From: Candidatus Sulfopaludibacter sp. SbA3 | Lineage (GTDB): Bacteria > Acidobacteriota > Vicinamibacteria > Vicinamibacterales > UBA2999 | Length of the DNA: 40,307 bases | Direction of reading: 5' to 3' | Assembly: GCA_945866285.1 (NCBI GenBank) | Contig: CAMBHC010000001.1 | Coordinates: 1 to 40,307 of the forward strand | Shown: positions 23,475 through 30,899 of the stretch, piece by piece | Layout: the number at the start of each line of letters is the position of its first letter | Numbering within the stretch: position 1 is the stretch's first letter | Notes under the pieces: generated by a model | What the model saw: the letters and a program-made list of their open reading frames with translations, nothing else | The model's database searches: none | What the model was told of the DNA's origin: nothing | Program-made: the position numbers and the translations under genes

Positions 23475-24524
23475 TTAAGCCGACAAAGTGCGGCCGACGA
23501 TGCGGCTGGCACCCTTGAATAGTTTCACACGAACGGTGCCGGTCACGCGCTCCTGGGTGGACCACACGTAGGCATCGAGGCCAGGCCGCAGGCGATCGAA
23601 CCACTCGCCGCGGCCGAGCACCCCGGCATAAGCGGTGCCGATCACCGGCGCGAAGTGGTTCACGCTCGCGGATGAAGACTGGCGCTCGAGTTCGCGGCGG
23701 GCATCGTGCAAGACCGCCGCGGCCGGAGCTTCATACACCACACACGACCTGCTGCGATCGAGACGGTTCTTGACGCGATCGCAACGGCCAATACCATGCT
23801 CGCCGGCGATCGTCGTCAGGCTGTCAATGAGTTCCACCGGCGTCATGGTCACGCCGTTGATGCCAGTGGGCGTGCCGCGCTCGAATGACAGTTCCACGAC
23901 CGCCGGAGTGGCCGGCGTCTGCTCCAAGTTGCGCGAGCACTTGAACGTCGAATCCGGGACTTCCTGCGACGCGTCGTCGGCCGGTCGTCCCACCGTGCGA
24001 CCCCACAGATTGTCGTCGATGCGCTCGGTTCCCTCGACGGGCACCGCTACGCCGAGTCGATCGGCATACTCGGCGACCTGGGCAGGCGTCATGCCGTCGG
24101 CGCACGCCACTACCTGCAGGCTGGCGTCCAGCATCCGCACCGGCTGATGCAACCGCGCACGGTCGCGTCCCGTCGAAGCGTGGGCGACCATGGTGGCGCC
24201 CTCGATGCGCGCCACTTCGACCAGCTGCTTCGCGATCAGCGGACGCGAGAGCGCCGTGGCCAGCGGATAACGGCCCTCCGAGAGTGCGTCTGCCCGCAGC
24301 GAGGGCCACACGTAATCGCGGACAAACTCGTCGCGCGCGTCGATGACGTGCGCCCGCACGGCGCCGGCGGCCAGGGCCCGGTCGCGAATCTCCATGAGAT
24401 CGGTGGACTGACCCAGTCCGAGCGTGAACGCGACCACGTCGGTCGCGTACTTGTCCGCCAACCAGGGGATGGCGACCGAGGACCGCAGCCCTCCCGAATA
24501 GGCCAGCACAATCGGCGTCTTCAA
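23475..24524 (-). CDS. argG: Argininosuccinate-synthase-like protein, atypical (PP-loop and substrate motifs not conserved, short C-terminus)
   Basis: IVLAYSGGLRSS.., DVVAFTLGLGQ, ARDEFVRDYVWP, RPLIAKQLVEVA and VRVKLFKGASRIVGR are collinear with ArgG. The start is taken at TTG 24524-24522, overlapping the argR stop (TTGA). Confidence 0.7.
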   Translation of the reverse strand: MKTPIVLAYSGGLRSSVAIPWLADKYATDVVAFTLGLGQSTDLMEIRDRALAAGAVRAHVIDARDEFVRDYVWPSLRADALSEGRYPLATALSRPLIAKQLVEVARIEGATMVAHASTGRDRARLHQPVRMLDASLQVVACADGMTPAQVAEYADRLGVAVPVEGTERIDDNLWGRTVGRPADDASQEVPDSTFKCSRNLEQTPATPAVVELSFERGTPTGINGVTMTPVELIDSLTTIAGEHGIGRCDRVKNRLDRSRSCVVYEAPAAAVLHDARRELERQSSSASVNHFAPVIGTAYAGVLGRGEWFDRLRPGLDAYVWSTQERVTGTVRVKLFKGASRIVGRTLSA

Positions 24525-24970
24525 CGCGCGAGTTCCTTTAGCTTCTTCACCACGGCCAAGGCGTTCCTGGCATCCCGGGCGATGATCAGAATCGTGTCGT
24601 CGCCGGCGAGTGTGCCGACGACCTCGGGTAGCCGCGATCGGTCGATCGCCAGGCCGAGCAATTGCGCCTGCCCCGCCCCCGTTCGCAGCACGACCAACTG
24701 CTGCACCGGTTCGATATTGACCAGGTATTCCGACAGCGCCTTCCCCAGCGTGCCCAACGCCGTCGTCTGTGGCGTCTCTTCGATGGACGAGGGCTGATAC
24801 GCGCCGTCGGCGGACCGCTTGAGCAGTCCCAGTTCCTTGATATCGCGCGACAGGGTCGCCTGCGTGACCACAAACCCCCGCGCGGCGAGGTGCTGGCGAA
24901 GCTGCTCTTGGCTGCGCACGGCCTCGTGCTCGACGACGTCCTTGATGGCGGAGAGGCGCTGGGCTTTCAT
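24521..24970 (-). CDS. argR: Arginine repressor
   Basis: QEQLRQHLAARGFVVTQATLSRDIKELGL (wHTH) and GTLAGDDTILII (arginine-binding core). Confidence 0.9.
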   Translation of the reverse strand: MKAQRLSAIKDVVEHEAVRSQEQLRQHLAARGFVVTQATLSRDIKELGLLKRSADGAYQPSSIEETPQTTALGTLGKALSEYLVNIEPVQQLVVLRTGAGQAQLLGLAIDRSRLPEVVGTLAGDDTILIIARDARNALAVVKKLKELAR

Positions 24971-24993
24971 CGTTATGCGTCCGGAACGGACAG

Positions 24994-25011
24994 TATACAT
25001 AAATATACAAT
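24994..25011. promoter_or_regulatory. ARG-box-like 18-mer TATACATAAATATACAAT
   Basis: Matches the E. coli ARG box TNTGAATWWWWATTCANW at 15 of 18 positions. Lies 24 bp upstream of the argR ATG, in the argR/argC divergent region. Confidence 0.45.
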
Positions 25012-25028
25012 GAAATTACGCCGCTTTA

Positions 25029-25057
25029 TTGACACGAAACACTATTCTGTGTATAAA
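25029..25057 (+). promoter_or_regulatory. Sigma-70-type promoter TTGACA-N17-TATAAA for the argC operon
   Basis: TTGACA at 25029-25034, a 17-nt spacer, and TATAAA at 25052-25057, read directly from the sequence. Confidence 0.5.
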
Positions 25058-25065
25058 TATCCCTC
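25048..25065. promoter_or_regulatory. ARG-box-like 18-mer TGTGTATAAATATCCCTC overlapping the -10 element
   Basis: Matches TNTGAATWWWWATTCANW at 14 of 18 positions. Overlaps TATAAA at 25052-25057. Confidence 0.4.
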
Positions 25066-25095
25066 TTGGCGCATAACATTTCGTCGGTCCAGCAG

Positions 25096-26088
25096 GTGCC
25101 TATTCGCGTTGCCGTGGCAGGAGCTACGGGCTTCGCCGGACAGGAATTGATCCGCCTGCTCGCCCGGCATCCCAACGTCACCATCGCCGCGGCTACCGGT
25201 TCGCAAGCGACCAGCGCCCCACGCAGCCTGCCTGCGTTGAAGCGGATTTGGGATGGCACGGTCGTGCCGCTTGACCCGGCCGCATTGACGGGCACGGCCG
25301 ACGCGGTGTTTCTTGCGCTGCCTGAAGCCGCCTCGGCCGAAATCGCGCCCGTGCTCGTCAGCGCCGGGCTGCGCGTGATCGACCTGTCGGGTGCCTTCAG
25401 GCTGCGGGACGAGGCGTCGCGGGCGCGCTGGTACCCGGCGACGAAGGCCCGGCCCGATGGGATCGCGTACGGCCTGACCGAATTCGAGGTCGATGCCATT
25501 CGCACCGCGCGGTTGTTGTCGAACCCCGGTTGTTATCCGACGGCTTCGCTGCTGGGCCTGTTGCCCTTGCAGCGCGCGGGCTTGTTGCTGCCCGGCTCCG
25601 AGATCGTGATCGACGCGAAGTCCGGCATCTCGGGTGCGGGCAAGGCACCGTCGGATCGCACGCACTTCTCCGAGAACCACGGCAGCGTGGCCGCCTACAA
25701 CCCGTTCGGCCACCGGCATACGCCGGAAATGGAACAGGCGCTGGGCCGCACCGTGACGTTTGTGCCGCACCTGGTGCCGCTCGACCGCGGCCTGCTGGCG
25801 AGCCTGTATGCGCGGCTCGTGCCGGGCACGACGGCCGCCGCCGTGACCGCGGCCTTCGAGCGCGAATATGCTGATGCGCCGTTTATCCGCGTGACTGGCG
25901 ACGCGCTGCCAGAAATCAAGCATGTCGCGCACACGAATTTCTGTGACCTCGGCTGGAAAGTGGACGAAGCCACCGGCCGCGTGTTCGTGGTGAGCGTGAT
26001 TGACAACCTGGTGAAGGGCGCCGCCGGGCAGGCCATCCAGAACTTCAACGTGATGTTTGGCCTCGACCAGAAAGCAGGCTTGCTGTGA
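25096..26088 (+). CDS. argC: N-acetyl-gamma-glutamyl-phosphate reductase
   Basis: VAVAGATGFAGQELIRLL and NPGCYPTASLL (active-site Cys). GTG 25096 is chosen because it gives MPIRVAVAGATG. An in-frame TTG at 25066 is the alternative start. Confidence 0.9.
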   Translation: MPIRVAVAGATGFAGQELIRLLARHPNVTIAAATGSQATSAPRSLPALKRIWDGTVVPLDPAALTGTADAVFLALPEAASAEIAPVLVSAGLRVIDLSGAFRLRDEASRARWYPATKARPDGIAYGLTEFEVDAIRTARLLSNPGCYPTASLLGLLPLQRAGLLLPGSEIVIDAKSGISGAGKAPSDRTHFSENHGSVAAYNPFGHRHTPEMEQALGRTVTFVPHLVPLDRGLLASLYARLVPGTTAAAVTAAFEREYADAPFIRVTGDALPEIKHVAHTNFCDLGWKVDEATGRVFVVSVIDNLVKGAAGQAIQNFNVMFGLDQKAGLL

Positions 26089-26894
26089 AGCGCGCGGTTG
26101 TGTTGAAGCTCGGTGGCGAATTGCTCGAAAGCCCGGATCGCCTGGCCGCCATCGCCAAGGTGATCAAGCTGGCCGCCAGGCGGCGACCGCTGATCGTGGT
26201 GCACGGCGGTGGCCGCGAGATCGATGCGTCGCTGGCGCAAGTCGGCATTCCGAAGCGGCAGGTCGATGGCCTGCGCGTGACCGATCCGGAAACACTCGAG
26301 ATCGTCGTCTCGGTGCTGGCCGGCTCGATCAACACCCGGTTCGTGGCGGCGATCAACGCGGCCGGTGGCCGCGCGGTCGGCCTGACCGGCGCGGATGCCG
26401 GCGTGGCCCCGGTGAAGAAAGCCGCGCCGCACAAGGCGACCAGCGGCGACACGGTCGACCTGGGCATGGTGGGCACGCCGGTGCCGAACGCGCCGACCCC
26501 CGAGCTGCTCGCGCTCTTGTGCAAGGCCGGCTACGTGCCGGTGATCGCTTGCGTCAGCGCCTCGAGGGAAGGACAACTGTTCAACGTCAATGCCGACACG
26601 CTGGCCGGCAGCCTGGCGTCACGAATCAAGGCCAAGCGCCTGGTGATTGCCGGCTCGACCGCGGGCGTGCTCGACAAGCGCGGACAAACGATCCCGCGCC
26701 TGAACAAGACCCACATCACGAAGCTCGTGACCTCGGGCACCGCGAATGCGGGCATGGTCGCCAAGCTCACGGCGTGCCAGGCGGCGCTTGCCGGCGCCAG
26801 CAGCGTAGAAATTATCGACGGGCGTGATGCCAGGCGCATTGCCCAGGCCGTGGCGCTGCAAGAGACCACCGCCACTTCCAGGGTGGTGAAATAG
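26085..26894 (+). CDS. argB: Acetylglutamate kinase
   Basis: VVLKLGGE, IVVHGGG, GLRVTD, NVNADT. The GTG start overlaps the argC stop (GTGA). Confidence 0.92.
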   Translation: MKRAVVLKLGGELLESPDRLAAIAKVIKLAARRRPLIVVHGGGREIDASLAQVGIPKRQVDGLRVTDPETLEIVVSVLAGSINTRFVAAINAAGGRAVGLTGADAGVAPVKKAAPHKATSGDTVDLGMVGTPVPNAPTPELLALLCKAGYVPVIACVSASREGQLFNVNADTLAGSLASRIKAKRLVIAGSTAGVLDKRGQTIPRLNKTHITKLVTSGTANAGMVAKLTACQAALAGASSVEIIDGRDARRIAQAVALQETTATSRVVK

Positions 26895-26896
26895 CC

Positions 26897-28120
26897 GTGA
26901 CGACGAAGACCGACACCGTAACCGCGCTTGAAGCGCAGCACGTGCTCCAGACCTACAAGCGGCAGCCCGTCGTCTTTGTGCGCGGCGAGGGCACCCGCCT
27001 GTTCGATGCCGACGGTCGCGCCTACCTCGATTTCATTTCGGGCATTGGCGTGGTGGTGCTCGGACACGCGCATCCCGGCCTGGCCGCGGTCATTGCCGAC
27101 CAGGCCAAGACCCTGGTGCACACCTCGAATCTCTATTACCACCCGCTGCAGGGCCAGTTGGCCGCGCGGCTGTCGGCCCTCTCGGGACTGCAGCGCGCGT
27201 TCTTCTGCAACAGCGGCACCGAGGCGGTCGAGGCGTGCCTCAAGTTCGCGCGCCGCTTCTGGTACTCGCAGGGCGTCAGGAACCGCACCGGGTATGTCGC
27301 CCTCGAGCACGGCTTCTCGGGCCGGACCATGGGCGCGCTGTCGGTCACCGCCAACGCGCACTACCGCGATCCGTTCGGGCCGCTGATTCCCGGCGTCACG
27401 TTCGTCGCGCCCGACGACATCGCCGGCCTCGAAGCCGCCGTGACGGAATCAACGGCCGCGATCATCGCGGAACCGATCCAGGGCGAAGGTGGCGTGCGCC
27501 CGCTGTCGCCGGAGTTCGCCGCGGCAATCGCCCGCGTGACCAGGAAGACCGGCACGCTGCTGATCGCCGACGAAATCCAGTGTGGCCTCGGCCGAACCGG
27601 TCATGCGTTCCATTACCAGTCGCTCGGCTGGACGCCGGACCTGGTGACCGTGGGCAAGGCCATCGGCTCGGGCATTCCGATCGGGGCGGCACTGGTCGGT
27701 GAACATGTCGCCAAGCAGATCTTCGCCGGCGACCACGGCACGACTTACGGCGGCAACCTGTTGTCGACACGAGCGGCGCTCTACGTGCTGGACCAGCTCG
27801 ATGCGCTGAAGCCACACATCGCCAACATGGGCGCGCTGTTCGAGCAGCGCCTGCTCGACCTGCAGCGCAAGCATCCGGTGGTGACCGCGGTCCGTGGCGC
27901 CGGCCTGATGCGCGGACTGGAACTGGCCGTCGACGCACAGCCGGTGGTGGAAGCCGCGCTGAAAGCGAACCTGTTGGTGAACCGCACCGCCGAACGCGTG
28001 GTGCGAATGCTGCCGCCGCTCACCGTCTCGGCGGCCGAGATCGAGGAAGCCATCGCGATTCTGGATGGTGCGTTGGCGTCAGTCAAGGTCGAGGGATCGA
28101 CGGTTGAGGTGAGAGCGTGA
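26897..28120 (+). CDS. argD: Acetylornithine aminotransferase
   Basis: FCNSGTEAVE, LIADEIQCGLGRTG, TVGKAIGSG (PLP lysine) and HGTTYGGN. Confidence 0.9.
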   Translation: MTTKTDTVTALEAQHVLQTYKRQPVVFVRGEGTRLFDADGRAYLDFISGIGVVVLGHAHPGLAAVIADQAKTLVHTSNLYYHPLQGQLAARLSALSGLQRAFFCNSGTEAVEACLKFARRFWYSQGVRNRTGYVALEHGFSGRTMGALSVTANAHYRDPFGPLIPGVTFVAPDDIAGLEAAVTESTAAIIAEPIQGEGGVRPLSPEFAAAIARVTRKTGTLLIADEIQCGLGRTGHAFHYQSLGWTPDLVTVGKAIGSGIPIGAALVGEHVAKQIFAGDHGTTYGGNLLSTRAALYVLDQLDALKPHIANMGALFEQRLLDLQRKHPVVTAVRGAGLMRGLELAVDAQPVVEAALKANLLVNRTAERVVRMLPPLTVSAAEIEEAIAILDGALASVKVEGSTVEVRA

Positions 28121-28749
28121 CGATGCGAGTGGTGGTGGACAACGGACCGGGCAAGGGGCGCCGGCCACAGACGACCACGTTGTCGGCCAAGCCGCCGCGT
28201 ACTGCCCGTCCGGTCACAACGCTCCGCGCCGCGGTCGCCGCCGACGCGCCGACCCTGCACGTCCTGATTGCCGCGCACCTGGAAGAAGGCCGCCTGTTGC
28301 CCCGCACGCTCGGCGAGCTCGCCGACCACGCGCCTCGCTTCGTCGTCGCGATTCAGGACGACAAAAGCGTCGCCAGGGGCGAGCGGATTATCGGCTGCGC
28401 CGAGCTGGCGCCGCTCTCGAAGACGGTCGCCGAAGTACGGTCCCTGGTGGTCAGCCACGACGCCCGACAGTCGGGACTCGGTCATCGCATGGTCGAGGAA
28501 CTCGGCCGCCGCGCCCGCCGCGAAGGGTTCGCGCGTGTCTGCGCGTTTGCACACGACGCCCGGTTCTTCGTGCGGATGGGGTTCTCGATCGTTCCGCACA
28601 CTTGGGTGCCTGAGAAAATCGCACACGACTGCCATTCGTGCCCGCTGTTCCGTAACTGCGGTCAATACGCCATCGTGCTGGACCTGGAGCGGGCTCACGC
28701 CCTGAGCGGCACCGGCAAGAGCGCAGCAGTGGGGAATCGCCGTGGCTGA
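28117..28749 (+). CDS. GNAT-family N-acetyltransferase, short N-acetylglutamate-synthase-like
   Basis: EVRSLVVSHDARQSGLGHRMVEEL (acetyl-CoA motif A) and a C-terminal C-x2-C-x5-C cluster (DCHSCPLFRNC). Overlaps argD (GTGA) and argJ (8 nt). Confidence 0.75.
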   Translation: MTMRVVVDNGPGKGRRPQTTTLSAKPPRTARPVTTLRAAVAADAPTLHVLIAAHLEEGRLLPRTLGELADHAPRFVVAIQDDKSVARGERIIGCAELAPLSKTVAEVRSLVVSHDARQSGLGHRMVEELGRRARREGFARVCAFAHDARFFVRMGFSIVPHTWVPEKIAHDCHSCPLFRNCGQYAIVLDLERAHALSGTGKSAAVGNRRG

Positions 28750-29953
28750 CATTTATCCGATCGATGGTGGCGTCACCGCGCCTGCCGGCTTTCGAGCCGC
28801 GGGCCTGCACTGCGGCATCAAGGCCAGCGGCAAGCCCGACCTGTCGCTGGTCGTCAGCGACGCACCGGCTCAGGCAGCCGGCGTGTTCACGTTGAACCTG
28901 GCCAAGGCGGCGCCGTTGCTCGTCTGCGAGAAACATCTCGCGGCCACTGGCGGACGCGCGCGCGCCATCATCACCAACAGCGGTTGCGCCAACGCGTGCA
29001 CGGGGCCACAAGGCCTGGCCGACGCCCACGAGATGGCCACATTAACGGCCGCCGCGGTCGGCTGCGACGTGTCGCAGGTGCTGGTGCTGTCCACCGGCGT
29101 GATCGGCGTCAACCTGAAGATGGACAAGCTGCGGACCGGCATTCCGCAGGCGGCCGCCGCACTCAGCGAGTCTGGCGGCGCGGCCGCCGCTCGCGGCATC
29201 ATGACCACCGATCCGTTCCCGAAGGAATACGCCGTCGAAGTGCGCACCGACGTCGGCTCATTCCGCGTCGGCGGCATGGCCAAGGGCTCGGGCATGATCG
29301 AGCCGCGCATGGCGACGATGCTGGGCTACCTGACGACGGACGCGACGGTGGATCCCGTGATGCTGTCGCGCGCGCTTTCAGACGCGTGCCGGTTCACATT
29401 TAACGCGATCACCGTCGATGGCGAGCCCTCGACCAACGACTGCGTGCTGGCCCTGGCTAATGGCGCCAGCGGCGTCGAGATCACCGAGAACCTCTATGCC
29501 GACCTGTTCGAAGCGTTCCGGACGGTGGCCCATGAACTCGCACTGGGCGTGGTCCGCGGCGGCGAAGGCGCGACCAAGCTGATTGCGATCAAGACGACCG
29601 GTGCGGCGACCGACGCCGACGCCTGGATGGCGGCGCGCGCGATTGCCAACTCGCCGCTCGTCAAGACGGCCGTGCACGGCGGCGATCCCAACTGGGGCCG
29701 ACTGATCGCTGCTGCCGGCCGCTCCGGGGCCGCGTTTGTGCTCGACGGCGCACGGGTACAAATCGGATCGCTGATCCTGTTCGAGAACGGGCGCCCGTTC
29801 GACGAACTCGCGCCGCAAGCGGCTGACTACCTGACCGGCAAGGAGATCGCGATTGAGGTCAACCTCGGTACCGGCGGATCGCACACCGCCACCGTGTGGA
29901 CCTGCGACCTGTCTGCCGAGTACGTGAAGATCAACGCCGAGTACCGGACCTAA
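28742..29953 (+). CDS. argJ: Bifunctional ornithine acetyltransferase / N-acetylglutamate synthase
   Basis: NSGCANACTG, KGSGMIEPRMATMLGYLTTDA (autoproteolytic site) and GGDPNWGR. Confidence 0.92.
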   Translation: MADIYPIDGGVTAPAGFRAAGLHCGIKASGKPDLSLVVSDAPAQAAGVFTLNLAKAAPLLVCEKHLAATGGRARAIITNSGCANACTGPQGLADAHEMATLTAAAVGCDVSQVLVLSTGVIGVNLKMDKLRTGIPQAAAALSESGGAAAARGIMTTDPFPKEYAVEVRTDVGSFRVGGMAKGSGMIEPRMATMLGYLTTDATVDPVMLSRALSDACRFTFNAITVDGEPSTNDCVLALANGASGVEITENLYADLFEAFRTVAHELALGVVRGGEGATKLIAIKTTGAATDADAWMAARAIANSPLVKTAVHGGDPNWGRLIAAAGRSGAAFVLDGARVQIGSLILFENGRPFDELAPQAADYLTGKEIAIEVNLGTGGSHTATVWTCDLSAEYVKINAEYRT

Positions 29954-29956
29954 CAA

Positions 29957-30880
29957 TTGCAGAACTTTCTATCCATTCTTGATCTCGATCCCGATCGCCT
30001 CGCCAAGGTGCTGGAGTTGGCCGCCAAGGTCAAGCGCGAGCGCGTCAAGGGCATGAAGGCGCCCACCTGGAACGCGCTCAATGGCAAGCACGTTGGGCTG
30101 TTGTTCGAGAAGCCTTCGCTCCGCACGCGCGTCACCTTTACGATTGGCGTCCGCGAGTTGGGCGGCGACATCGTCGAGATCCCGGCTGACGTGATGCACG
30201 CCGATCGTGAGCCCATCCAGGACGTCGCGCGCAATCTCGAGCGCTGGGTTGACGCGGTCGTCATCCGGACATTCGCCCAGGAGCGCCTGTCGCAGATCGC
30301 GGAAATCACACCGAAGCTGCACGTCATCAACGCCCTCAGTAACGAGGAGCATCCCTGCCAGGCCCTCGCCGACATGCAGACGCTGGTCGAGAAGTGGGGC
30401 AAGTTCGACGGCCGCCGGATTGCGTTCGTCGGCGACGGTAACAACGTGTGCGCCTCGCTGGTGCACGTGGCGATGCTGCTCGGCATGGCCGTGCATGTGG
30501 CGACGCCGAAGGGCTACGAGCTGCCGGATGAAGTGGTCGACCAGGCCGCGGCCGTGTCACAGAAGGGTGCCGGCCTCACCGAGTTTATCGACCCCAAGGC
30601 AGCGGTGCGAGAGGTAGACGCGGTCTACACCGACGTCTGGACGTCGATGGGCCAGGAGGTCGAGTACGCCGACCGCAAGAAGCTGTTCCAGCGGTACCAG
30701 GTGAATGAGACGCTGATGGCGCTCGCCAAGCCCGGCGCCCTGTTCATGCATTGCCTTCCGGCGCATCGCGGTGAGGAAGTCACGGACGAGGTGATCGAAT
30801 CACCAATCTCGGTGGTGTTCGATCAGGCCGAGAATCGGTTACACGCGCAGAAGGCACTGCTGCTGCAGATGCTCACGTAG
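29957..30880 (+). CDS. argF: Ornithine carbamoyltransferase
   Basis: FEKPSLRTRVTF, HPCQALAD, DVWTSMG, HCLPAHRGEEV. TTG start. Confidence 0.92.
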   Translation: MQNFLSILDLDPDRLAKVLELAAKVKRERVKGMKAPTWNALNGKHVGLLFEKPSLRTRVTFTIGVRELGGDIVEIPADVMHADREPIQDVARNLERWVDAVVIRTFAQERLSQIAEITPKLHVINALSNEEHPCQALADMQTLVEKWGKFDGRRIAFVGDGNNVCASLVHVAMLLGMAVHVATPKGYELPDEVVDQAAAVSQKGAGLTEFIDPKAAVREVDAVYTDVWTSMGQEVEYADRKKLFQRYQVNETLMALAKPGALFMHCLPAHRGEEVTDEVIESPISVVFDQAENRLHAQKALLLQMLT

Positions 30881-30899
30881 GACGGCAATCCCGTCCTAC
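30877..30899. terminator. Bidirectional hairpin GTAGGACGG-CAATC-CCGTCCTAC between convergent genes
   Basis: 9-bp perfect stem. The argF TAG (30878-30880) and the TAG of the minus-strand gene (30896-30898) both lie inside the stem arms. Confidence 0.5.

Noticed and set aside
24525-25010. N-terminal ~160-aa extension of the 511-aa ORF 23475-25010 (which would make a giant ArgG)
   Set aside because: The extension overlaps argR in another frame. argR has clear homology, while the extension is Arg/Gly/Ala-rich. TTG 24524, coupled to the argR stop, gives a normal ArgG N-terminus.
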